This document shows positions 51,465 through 63,200 of a stretch of DNA of 64,000 nucleotides, in pieces; position 1 is the stretch's first letter, and every line of letters starts with the position of its first letter. The notes under the pieces were generated by a model. It was not told the DNA's origin, searched no databases, and was given only the letters and a program-made list of their open reading frames with translations. The translations under genes were made by a program, and so were the position numbers. Location of the stretch: assembly GCA_965178125.1 (NCBI GenBank), contig OZ237771.1, forward strand, positions 186,001 through 250,000, written 5' to 3'. The DNA is from Bilabrum cf. latius. Taxonomy: Eukaryota.

Positions 51465-53150
51465 TTACTTGCATCTCGGAAGCCAGTTGAAGGTGTTCGG
51501 AGCCGCCTCTCCTACAATGTTTTCGTTCCCCAGGAGGCAATGCGCTGTGAGGTTCGGATCCATGCTCGGGCTTGTCGGGTCCTATGGCTCTTGGGGTGCC
51601 AGCTGCAGGAACGCGATCGACTCTGTGTTTCGCTCTGCAAGGAACCCAACCACAATGCTGGTACGATTAGGGTGGGCGGTCCCATGCAACACATCCACAG
51701 CGATCATGTACTATTGTGCAGGCATGAGCCCGAAGAGTCCAGGCGACAGCACGGTCAGCTTTACTGCATCTTTCACCGGCTCCGTCATTGAGCCATCGTT
51801 CATGTAAAGCAGGAACAATGCGCCAGAATCCAACCCACCGACATTCGAAAACGGCGCTGATACAATAGCGTCAGCGATTCCGTCAAAGTCAAGATCTCCA
51901 GCTGGGATAATGAATTCGCCAAAGGCTGAGTTGGGTTCTACTTGTCCGGAGGGTACCCCGCCCACGCCGTCGTAAATGGCGACCGGTCCCACTAGCGAGA
52001 TGCCTTCGCTTGAAAGTTGGACTAGCCCGACACCATTGATACCATCTAGGTGCAAATGCAGAAGCAATCCAGTCGAATGGTCGTAGCCCTACAGAGGCAA
52101 ACTGGCAATTCCACCCCCGACCAAGTCTTGTAATGCCGCTGCTTGAAAAGTGGGACTGTCGAATCCCTCGCCTGCCGCCTGGCTCAGTCGGATTGTGTTC
52201 CTGACAGTGTCGTCACCGCGCATGAAGAGGATGAAAATAGCCCCTCGACCAGGGCCTAAGGGCGCGAGCTATGGGGCTCGCACTGCAACATCTTCAAATC
52301 CATCAAGGTCAAGGTCGCTGGTGGTGCATATTGATCCACCGAACTCTCCAGACCGGCCCAGCGTGCCTGATGGCAGCCCGCCTTGACCGTCCCCAATGAT
52401 CGTGCTGTTGGCTACTGTGCCGTTTGGACGCAGACGAAGGATCATCACCACACCTCTGTACTCTATACCAAACCTATCGCAATTCGGACAGCCCACCAGC
52501 AGACGCACCATTCCAGGCTGGTCTCCCATTGGCTGCAGCAGAGCGGAGAGCGACGTACCAAGGGCATCATAGGGAGACCGGTTGATTGGAATCCCATCTT
52601 CGTTGCTTGAAAGCTTTGTTACGCCCAGAGCCGTGCCACCTTGCTGCATCCGGATCACCCAGATCGCCCCCGTGTCTTCTCCAGCGGCGCTGTCGTCACC
52701 CGGCGCACCCACCGCTAGGTCAGGGGCGCCGTTCCCGTCGATGTCGTAGATGCTCGTCGCAGCAAAACCAAAAGTGTCCGTTGCGCTGATTGAGCTAGTA
52801 TCTAAATTTCCTTGGCCGGCACCAAGCATCGCCACTGCATCTATTGGCGGCTTCCCACTAGGCCGGGGAGCTGGCGGTGCCTGTAGCTCGCGATTGTTCC
52901 GGTCCGTCCGCGGATCCAATGATTCCAATGGAAACTTGATTGTCGCCAGTGTGTCTTGATTAATATTTCTTTCGGAATACGCTTGCTCTTTCTTTTCTAG
53001 GAAGGCGGTATAGTCTACTTGGCTTGTACGTAACAGCTCTACATGATGTACACATGTTGGATGGAAGCCTGCGGACAACTTGAAGCACAAAGAATCAAAT
53101 GGTAGCCAATTCATGCCGAGATTTATCACTTCATTGTAATTATAAATCAT
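51465..53150 (-). pseudogene. Third, more diverged and 3'-truncated paralogue of the receptor N-terminus (FG-GAP repeats only, ~560 codons)
   Basis: One frame with TAGs at 52269, 52089, 51711, 51582. Aligns to copy A ~15008-16550; similarity fades at ~51520 and the frame ends at TAA 51465-51467, next to the duplication breakpoint. Could be a short expressed gene. Confidence 0.7.
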
Positions 53151-53699
53151 AGCCGTACTTGGTACTCATGCTGTACAATTGAAAAGCGAGATATGCACGG
53201 TAGCATTAATCGCATACATCCGCGTCCTCACCCTGACAAGCATCGCCACTGCCACCGTGTCTTCCAGCGTGTGCACACAGTAAATTACTGGATAAATACA
53301 TGCTAAGACCCACTACTGCAATGTCATGGAGTATATCAAACAATGCGCAGCATAGCGTTTCGGCGCCTTTCTCAGTATTGTCGCACTGCCATCTCCGAGG
53401 GCCGCATTTTCACGTCGTCATATTCGTAGTCAATACAATAATTATTATAAATGAATCAATGAGCCATGGAACCGGGCATTTAATCTGGGCGCCGCATAGT
53501 CTAGAGCTTCTTGCACCTTGAGCGCACTTCGCGATGTGAAGCTGGTCAATAGTTCCCTTGACTGTTGGTCTCACACACGGCAATGCCCCTATCGAACATG
53601 GTTTGTTATCTTTGCCAGTTATTTTGCAAGACCCTTAGATTTATACCTCTGGGTGAAGTGGGGAAGCGGGACGTTTCGATTGGTTCCGACCGGCCTGTG

Positions 53700-53897
53700 T
53701 TGGTCGCAATTTGAAGCATCAGGTTGCAACCACTTCGACTCCATCGGCCAATGTCGAATTCTGGTACGATCTGGATATGAATCGAACAAATTATCATTAA
53801 ATTGCGAGGAAAATTTAAGTTATGAGTGCGTTCTTGCAATATCTATAGTTTGTTCGCGTCGAATGCAACAAGCGACCGGCTCAACAGGTTGCAACCG
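53700..53897. promoter_or_regulatory. Paired GGTTGCAACC elements upstream of the third paralogue
   Basis: ttggtcgcaa-N10-caggttgcaacca at 53700-53732 and agcgaccgg-N6-aggttgcaaccg at 53871-53897, conserved within otherwise dissimilar intergenic DNA. Confidence 0.5.
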
Positions 53898-54294
53898 AAC
53901 AGCGCCCTGCTCGTTTTCAGCATCCGGCATCTCGATCTTGCAGGTTTAGTTATGTCTATCTGCCACAAGACCATGGTACTCGATTTAATGTTTACACTTG
54001 TGCCTTGCGTGCTTTGAATCTGAGAGTGCATCCAACCACTCCAGGCTTCCAGTGGCGGTCGCTCGTGACGGCAACAGATGGGCTATTTCAATTCACTATT
54101 ATGCATCATTCAATGAGATGAAAGGAGGCAAGGAAACGGAAATCATCACATTCCATCGGAGGGCCTGTCCCAGCCCCGTCAAAACAAGTAGCCAACGGCG
54201 TTGTCTTGTCAGACCAGACGCCGCCAGAGGCTGCCGCGAAAGCCGGGACAGTAACCCAACGGTAGGGGGCCCCGTCGCTTGCCTCCACCCCCCT

Positions 54295-57200
54295 TCACGG
54301 CAGCGGGCCCCGTCGCTTGCCCCCACCCTCCTGTGCCCCCATCGTGTCTGCAAGCGTCGGCCGCAGCCAGGGATGGGCCCTCGCCTGTTCCGCACTGAGC
54401 CTCCTCAAAGGGTCCCGCTGCAGCAGACCGCCGATCAGATCGATGGCATCGGGGCTCACACCGTCCCAGGCCTCCGGCTCGAAGAGCACGTCTCTCGAGA
54501 GGCAGCGGCTGGCGGGCTCGAACGGGAGGAAGCCCGCAAGCAACTCGAATAGAATCACGCCCAGGGCCCAGCAGTCCACGGCAGTGCCGTACGGTTTCTG
54601 AGCCAGCACCTCGGGAGCGATGTAGCCCTGGGTCCCAGTCATGGCCTCGAAAGGAACAAGCCCTACGTCCCCAGTCACCTTGTAGTACCGGGCGTCCCGC
54701 GACCGCCTGGCATGGCCAAAGTCGCACAGTTTGACCACGTCGTACACGCCCAGGAGCCCCGCGCCCCGCTTGCCCAGACGCTCCACGGACAGCAGCACGT
54801 TCTCTGGCTTGAGATCGCCGTGGAGAACCTTCTTCTCGCCGTGGAGGTAAGCCAGTGCCTCGAGCAGCTGGTCGGCGACTCGCTTGGCCTGCCTCTCGCT
54901 CAGGAAGCCCTGGCGAGTGCGGCCCGGCATGGCGGGCATGGGGTAGCCATACCCGCTCGACAGAGCGGTGGATACCGAAGCAGTGCTAGCCCCAACCCCT
55001 CCTGACGCGCTCCGCATCGGGCTGATGTTTGACCCGGGGATAGAGGGGCTCTCAGCGCCCAACGCGGATACTCCACCGGTAGCTGCAGGCTGTGCCGCGG
55101 CACTCTGTTTCTTTTTCTGCTGCGCTTTGGCCGCCTCTCTCTCCCTAGCTGCCTGCCTGTACTGCCGCCTCAACTTGCCCTGTCGGATCCCCTCCTCCCT
55201 CATGTACGCCTGGAGGGTGCCGCCTGTGACGCACTCCATGACTAGGAAAAGATACTCTGAATTCTCAAAGGCGTCCCAGCAGCGGACGATATGCCTATGT
55301 CTCATGGCCCTTGACAGCTGCACTTCCCTGGCTACGCAGGCGCGATCCTCGGCAGTCTGCAGGTAGGCTTTCCGGATGCACTTGACCGCAACCTGCTGCT
55401 GGTGTCCCCCTCGATGGCCGTGGTGGCTGTGGTGGTGGTGTGCGGCAGCAGATGGCCTCGTTTTTCCGCCGGCGTGGCTCGAACCGGAGATCGACCTGCC
55501 CTTGCGACCAGCAGACGCATACGACTGGGATTTCCTGGTCCCAACCTGCACCTTGGCGTAACCTCCGTCACCGAGTGTCTTGCCCAGCTCGAAATAGTCT
55601 TCCAGCTTCCTCCTGCCTGCCCCATCGCTCGTGTCAGGCAGAGCCTTCCATTCAGTGGAGGATGACGAGGAGCTGTTTTTCTTGGGCTGCCGCGTCGCTT
55701 TTGGGACTGATGCCGACCGTTCCTGTCCATCGTCAGCACCGGAACCAGCTGCACCATCGTGCCGTGCACCGTCAGCTGCAGACAAGTTCCTGGCCGCAAA
55801 TTCCTGCCACTCCTTGCCGAGGAGGGAGGGGGCGGTATGGCGCGGAGGCGGCTCGCTTTCGATTCCGAATCCAAGGTGAGGCGGCGGGTCGGTGCCCTGG
55901 GTACCGCGAGCCGCTACCCGCTTCACGGGCGAGTCTGGAATCCCGTGCACATCGCGGCCGGCAACGCCGCCATCGAATCTCCCAGGGATGTACAGGCCGG
56001 TGACAGCCGTCGAGGAACTTTCGACCGAGGCACCACGCTGCATTTCGGTAAGCTCCGATACATCAGGAGAAGCATCGTGCTGTTCCGGCGGCTGGTTCCG
56101 TCGGTGCCCTGCTCCGATCGTTGTGAGGCTGCCGAATGTAGATGCCTCACCCCGTGCACCACCCACAGAATCGCCGCGATCTGGCGGCCGGTCGAGGCTT
56201 GAGTCGGGCCGTGCGATACGTTGGCCTGCACGTTCTTGAAGTCCACTGGAATACTTGCCGTCGTCATCGCCGAAGGGCCCTTCCCCAGCGCTGCCAATGC
56301 CCGCCCCTACGTCGCTGCCACCTGCCCGCATCGCACGCCCAATGAGGTATGGCCTTGGGGTCTCCATCCCTCCTCTATCCCCAGTGGCAGAGCCCTCCTC
56401 CACACCCATCCATAGAGCCGTTGAGCCAGAGGCAGCCGTGGCACCATCGTCGCCCGACCCGGGTCCGGTGCTCTGTCCGCTCCGCTGACCGGGCCGTCGG
56501 ATCCTCATCCGATCATCGATCCGATCATCGATCCGATCATTGATCCGATCCTTGGAGGAGGCCCTGCCCCGGGCGAACGCCATCAGCTCGCCCACAGGTG
56601 ACCCTGGGGAAGCGCTCCTGCGCCCATCGCTGGCGAGCTCGCCTCTGGGCGTGGGCGGGTGCACGTCGAAGTGACCATCGTCATCGTCGTCGTCGTCATC
56701 ATCGTTGTCGTCTTCAATATCGTCATCATCGACATCTTCATCCCTTCCTCCCTCGGGGCCTGAGCCATCGCTGGCGCTGCTTGCACTGGCATATCGGTCT
56801 GCCTTCTTGGTCCTGCGCCAGGCGCTGCTCCCCGCCCTTGAGGAACCGTGATACTCGCTAGCCTCGGCTGAATCCACCGATGGATTGGTTCCTACCCGGT
56901 CGCGACCCGACCCCGGAGTCTGACCATGCCCGGCCAATCTGTCACCGGCCCTGCGATCAGACCCGCGAGGGAGGTCCAGAGCCAATCCACCTTCCAAATC
57001 ATGCCGTTCTCGCGGGTCCATCCCGCGCTGGACATCGCGACTTTCAGCATCAGTCGTCCCACCGCCGGCTTGTTGCTCTTCCATGTCCAGCCCGCTGCTG
57101 TAGTGGTTCGGTTCCGTCTCCGTTTCGTCTTCCTCTGTCTCACCCGTTGGACCTAGGCTAGCCCCGTGCGGAACACGCCAGCGACCCGCCCTTCCGCCGC

Positions 57201-60200
57201 GCCCCTCGGGCACGATTGAGATTGAGATGTCGGCCTCATCGGAGGCGACTGGACGGCCATCGGCTGGCACTAGTGCAGGTCCCGGCCCCTGCCGGTCGTC
57301 GATACCGGCCTGAATCTGAAGGACACCGCCCCTTCCACCGTGCCTTCCGGTCTTGCGTGTCACGTTGCGGCCTCCTCTGACGCCTGCACGCGCGTGAGCT
57401 TGGCCTGCACTGCTGGTGTCTGAAGAGGCCGAGGGCGACATGCCGCCGCTCTCCGTCGTGTCATCCAGTCCAGAGGGCGATTCAGATGCCCCGGCATGAC
57501 GAACAGAGTGCGGGTGCTGTGAGCCCTTGACCAGCATCGACGGTTCTTTAGTACCCTAGGCACCCTCTGTGCCCTCCCCTTGCTGTAGTGGCGGTGCTTG
57601 GTCCCGGTCCAGCGGCATCCCTTCCTCGTCGACCAGCACCCAATCGGGGCGCTGCTGATGATGCACTGCATGGTGGTGGTGGTGCACTGCATGGTGGTGA
57701 TGCCCGGCAGCTGCCAGCCTGGTGCCAGGGCTGGGCCGCACCTGCCAGCTGGGCGATAGCTCGGTGTCACGCAGCACGGAGGGAGTGTGATCCACGTCAG
57801 CCGGGTCACCATGAAGCGGCCCTGTGTTGACAGGCTCAGATGATTCGGCAGGGGCCTCTGTTCCAGCAACACGAGCCTCTGACCCTGTAGGGGAGGGGTT
57901 GAGCATCAGTTCGGGCATCGAAGCTGATTGCGGCTAGCCATGTCTTGATGTCGCTGACACCGATGTTGACAGTTCCAGGGCAGCAGATGGGGCAGATGGG
58001 TCATGGTCGTGGGTGCTCCCAGCTCGATTCCGTGGCAGGCTCCCTGTGAGTGTGGGTGCCAGCATGGGGGAGACTGTGGGCAGATTGCCGCGGCTCCTGA
58101 CCTCCGGCGCGGTGGCATCGGCGAGTCCAGTCGAGACAGGTGCATTGCCTTGCATTGCACCATCTGCAGGTATTCGCTCTGCGGATGCACTCTGGGTCGT
58201 GTTATCGTTCTGGACTTCCACGCGTCCATCAGGCGCATCTTTAGCAGCAGGCGGTGCGGCGTGGGTGAAGCCCCCTTCAGCTTGGGAGCTCGCTGACGCC
58301 TGCTCACCGGTGGGGTCCCGACTAGCCTATGCCTGGTCGGTGTGACGAGTGATCCGGTCACGCCTAGGTCCCATGGTCGGGGACTCGTCTTGCCCCTTGC
58401 CAGTGCCGTGACGAGTGCGATCGGACGGTGGGGGGCGAGTGTCAGACCCGATCGAGTGCATCCTGGTGCGACGAGACCGGCTGCGGCTGCCGCTGTGACC
58501 GCTGTGACGAGTGCTAGACCTCCGTCCGGAGCCGCTGCGGCTGGGCGAGTGGTGCTGCCCGTGGCTCTTCACGCGCCGGTGCGCCTCTGTCCGGCCGCCG
58601 TGGTGCTGGTGCCTCGAGCGACCTCCCCTTGATCTGTGGTGCGCACCATCGTGCGATGCACCACGAGTGACTCCTGGGTCTTGCCTAGTACCCTTATTCT
58701 TGCCTTTGATCGTCTGGCGCTTGTGACTGCTGCTATGCCCCCCGTCCATCAGGAAAGCCGGCCTGTCCACGGCATGCTTCATCTTCCCGTCCACCTTGCT
58801 GTACCGCCCCTCGCCCGTCGGTCCACCAGCCCCTGCAGCGCCTGGCGACCTACCCGTACCATCGGCCCCGGCGTTGAGATACATCACGGCTCTGAATCGC
58901 TCGCTGCCTCCACCGGCGCCGTAGTAAATGTACTGCTGCTTGGGTGCCGGCCTGCGACTCCGCTGCGTGCGGGAAGTACTGACACCTTGGTGCGCCTGGG
59001 AGGGAGGGTCCATTGGTGCTGACGGGAACCGTGCGGCGTCCATGCCTTGGGGCCACTACTAGTGTGACGAGTAGAATCCTGCGGGCCCTCCCATCGCGCT
59101 GCCGATGTGTTCTCCTGGCACGACGCCGAGTGCACTCGCTGCTCCATGCACTGTTGATGGACCGTCGCCAGGACTGGCTGGCAGCGTAAGTCCGTGAGCA
59201 GTCCGGTCGTTCTCCGGGTCTAGATCCAGTCCAGCGGTAGGCCAGTGTGACGAGTGCTGCCATGGAAACAGCCTGGTCTTCGAGTGTCTCTGTTCGATGA
59301 GATCCGCGATGTCGCGCGATGAATCAGTAGAACCCGGGGCAATGCCGCTGTAGCCGTCCAAACCAGCCAAAGCGGTGGACCCCGGCAACATGCCGCCGCT
59401 AGATCCGGCTTCGATTCCAACGGATATGACCGGATCGCTGCCTAGCATGCTGCTCTGCATGCCTGCGCTATCCCACCCAACTCCGCCTGGGAGCAGCCTG
59501 GAGCCATGGGAGTCGCTTGGCGCATGTTCCGCAAACATGCGCGGCGCCGATGCGAGGGCACTCGTAGTGGGCGGCACCATCCCGTGGAGACTTCCGGGAT
59601 AGCCAGCCGTTGCGGGGTCAGTCGATGCATCTCCTAATCCACCGGTGGATTGCTGGGTCATTGTCCTCATGGGGACACTCCCTGCAGAGCCGCTCGGGCC
59701 ACCGTGCGGCACACCTTGGCCGGGCATATCGCCTGTGAGCTGCGGCGAGGCAGGGCCGTGAGGGGGACTGAGGGTTTGGCCATTCACTCGATCCGCTGGC
59801 TGACGGGTTTGGCCACCCCCACTCATGACGCCCCACTGCATGGCCATGGGTAGCAGCCTCGGATGCTTGGTTCTGATCCTCTGCATCAGGGATCCAATTC
59901 TGGACTGCGTGAATGCGTGGGGGACGCCGGCCAGCTCGGCTGCCCGAAGAGCCTCAAGCTGCTGAAGCAGCTGCCTCTCCCTGTGACTCAACCGATAGTT
60001 CTTGCTAGAGACGCTCCCTGATCTCTTGCGATGCGCACCGGCATTCGGTACGCTGTGCAGGTCTCCAGCCCCTGTGGTTCTCGCCCTTGCCATTGCAGGG
60101 GATTCTGTGCCCCCAAGCGCGGCGCCAGAATCAGCAGCATGCAAGCCCCCGGCGGCAGAAGCACCTGTTCTACCATAAGTGTCGCGACTACCAGATTGTT

Positions 60201-63200
60201 GTCCGCTGGACAATATCTTGCTCCCAAGTGCGCTCCGATCGGATGCCTCACGCCTGCTAGCCAGGGTGGAAAGGACGGTATCAGAAGCGGACTTGGGAAT
60301 CATCCCGCGGCTAGTTACCAGGGGCTAGGGTCTATCCCCGGCGATGTGAGCCACCCTGATTGCGGTTGGATCTGGCAGCGGCCCGGGGTCTTCGGAGGCT
60401 GTCATCGCCGTCTAGGCGGCTGCAGCCTGCGGCGCGCTGCTGCCATCAGTAGACCGTGCACCGCTATTGGCAGGGGCTTGCGGGAGGCCCAGAGTCAGGT
60501 TCATTGGACTGCCAGGGGGCAGAATCACCTGGTGACGCAGTAGTTGCGCGGCGCCTCCTCCGTATCTCCTGGTTCCGTAACCGGTCGAACCTGCAAGGCT
60601 GCCGCTGGTCGACTTGCCGATCGCACTGGTCACACCCGAAACGCCTGGGGCGATCCAGCTGGCAGCCCCAGAAGCGGATACCGTGTGAATGGCTGCCATT
60701 CCGCGTTGCAGACTGCCGTCAGGTACCGGCTGCAGAGAGCCTTGAACATCCCCTGGCGGCAGCTTAGGGCCCCCTTCCAATACGGACGAATGCTGCGCGC
60801 TGCTTCCGTGCGGATCATTGACCATGGCTTGCGTTGATAGTCCGAGGGGTGCGATGTCCAGACCGGAACTAGATGCAGCCCCAGATGTGGCTGACCTTCC
60901 ACGGTACCAGCCGGCCCTTCCGGTGGCCCTTGCCACTGCATCAGTTCCATGCTGGACTTTGGACTCCTCGTCTTGGATGGGAACAGCAGCAGGATACAAA
61001 AAGCCCTGGAGACGCTGCTCTGTCGGTTGCAACCCCTTGCCTAAGCTCACTACAACTGTAGAGAAAGCCAGGGGTGGACGGGGTGGCCGGGCTTCATTCC
61101 AATGCGGAGACGCTGCCATCGCGGCCGATGAGCTCGCGCTTGAATGCATTCCACGGTACTAGGCCTTCGATTCCGAGTCATCCCCTCCCGCTTCAGACGA
61201 AACCGACAGTATCCGCAAATCGGAGAACCTTGTCGCTCGAGAGCCGACTTGTGTCCAGACCTGAAGCGGGCGGACTGGGTCGCTGCCGGTCGCCCTCTTC
61301 TCGCGCCGAGTGGTACCAGCGTGCGCGCGCTCACTACCGCCAGCCACACCCCGCCCACCACGGCGCCGCGGTTGGGTGAAAGAGTCTTCTCCGCCCCGTG
61401 CTGTGCGTGACCCCGCCGTGAACTGGCTCCGGCCGCGATGTCGCCTCCTGCGATGCCGCCTCGATCTCGACCGACTCCGCTCTTCAAGACGAGTCTCGCC
61501 TTCCGAGCCGCTGTCTCCGCTCTTGCGGTGATCAGGCGACCCACGTGATGATGACCGGTCAACATGTGACCCACGAGTGGATTGTCGCTGGCTCGATCGA
61601 TCGTCCGGTGCACCTCCACCACCGCCCCTGTGTTCATCAACTCGGCCACCGTGGTCACCGTGGCGAGCGCGATAGGCGGCAAGAGCACTCTTGCGCCCAT
61701 ACCCACCGGTCGGTGGCACTAATGGCGAGATTGGCGAGTCGATATCTTGCTGCACGTTCTTAGCGTCTTGTGGGTTACCATCGGAATTGGCAGCTGCTGC
61801 AGCCGGAGCGGAGTAGCTTGGCACCGTTGGCCTCCTGTCGTCACCCACAGCACCGGTGGATTCCGGTGAAATGAATTCCCACCTTGACCTGGTCGTGGGG
61901 CGCGGGCTGTTCTAAGCGTCTGTTTGTTTCATACGTGCTTGGCCACCTCCGACGCCGTCGCTACTGCCGCTGCTTTGCCCACCCTCCTCGTCTTCGTCGT
62001 CCTCGTCGCCGTGTGCTTCAATCGCTGCCAGCAGCACATCCGGCGAGCTCATGCTGTTCAGCAAAGGTGCACCACCATGCAATGCACCCGTCGAGGAGAG
62101 ATCTCTGGGAGCCAGATGTGACCTGCCCGTCGATGAGGATGCGTTCGCGCCCGGTCTAGCTGCTCCTGATTTAGATGGCGAAGAGAGCCGGCCGGATGCA
62201 TTCCAGACTATGGCGTTCACGCTGCTTGGGCTGCCCATGGTGGAACCGCGCCGGCGCCGCGCAATACCAGGCGAGCCACCTAGTTCCGCAAGGGGAGATT
62301 GCACCTACCCGACTGGAGCGGTCATGCGGCGGGTTCCGCGGGGACCAGCGAACGTTCCCTGTCGGACACGCCCCCACGGGCTTGTGATCGCAGGAAGTTG
62401 CATGCTGGTGGTATCCCGTGCACCGCCGTGCAGTGCATCAGGCTTCGGTAACGTGCCATCGCTTCCGTTGCCATCCGAGCCGCTGCCTCCGGAAACGCCT
62501 GGGGAATCCCGCGTAGTCCCCGATACGGTGTCAGCGCCAGCCCTAGCTAGAGGTGCTACCGGCCGGGACAGCAGCTGCTGGGTGATGTCAGCTTGCTCCG
62601 CGGAAGGGGGAATCCTGCTCATGCTCATGGCCCTGCGAGACAGCATTCCGACCCGCACGATTCCGGACCTGGACGCCGGCGACCACAGCGAAGGGGACCC
62701 ATCAACGGGTATTGAACCCCGGAGGCCCGGAGAACCAGGATGCAAAACGGACTGGGGTCGGGATGCGTCTAGCTGCAGCGCAGGCGTCGAGCCAGCACGC
62801 AGAAATGGCGAATCCACCCGTGGAGTTCGCACTATCGCAGCCTGGTTCGGCGTGGTCTCGCCCGCGCTGCTCCCGCTCCCAGGGCCACTATCCCTGGAAA
62901 GAGCTGGTGCAAGTGCACCAGTGACTCGATCGAATTTCGAGGCATGCGCAAAAGCAATGGGAGTCGCAGCATCGCTGCCATCGGTGGTGCTTGAAGCGTC
63001 GGAGACCGAGTCCAGAGCTGCTTGTTTCTCTTCATCATCATTGTTCCCGTTAATTGGTATGGTCTTTCCCTGCTCCCTCCCTTGTCGTCCTGCATTAAAG
63101 CGACTCACGTGACCCTCTGGAGAACTGGGCTCGCCGCTCCCTGATTTGGCGTCATCACTGCCTGCACTTGCACTTGCACTTGCACTTGCATTCAATTGGG

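Larger units (their letters stand above)
4749..59256. repeat. Dispersed over-represented 11-mer TGTGACGAGTG / CACTCGTCACA
   Basis: Exact copies start at 4749, 6741, 7206, 7473, 8143, 8613, 9989, 10343, 10910, 12709, 13278, 16936, 21501, 42166, 50754, 51219, 58341, 58503 and 59246. One- to two-mismatch copies include 6359, 6552, 7233, 8793, 9305, 12932, 15301, 22372, 31185, 41295, 58407 and 59063. Confidence 0.85.

Noticed and set aside
51422-51468. GTAAG...TTCAG intron fusing the third paralogue to the PQQ-gene fragment into a chimeric gene
   Set aside because: Splicing at these sites gives an out-of-frame join with an almost immediate TGA, and the downstream fragment is itself frameshifted.
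54262-54325. Short direct duplication (ggcaagcgacggggccc) around the kinase stop, hinting at TGA read-through or frameshifting
   Set aside because: It lies after the complete kinase domain and is most simply a local tandem duplication; there is no evidence of recoding.
62051-63112. 353-aa plus-strand ORF and other long antisense ORFs in GC-rich genes
   Set aside because: They overlap the continuous opposite-strand frame and have no independent motifs; expected at high GC.
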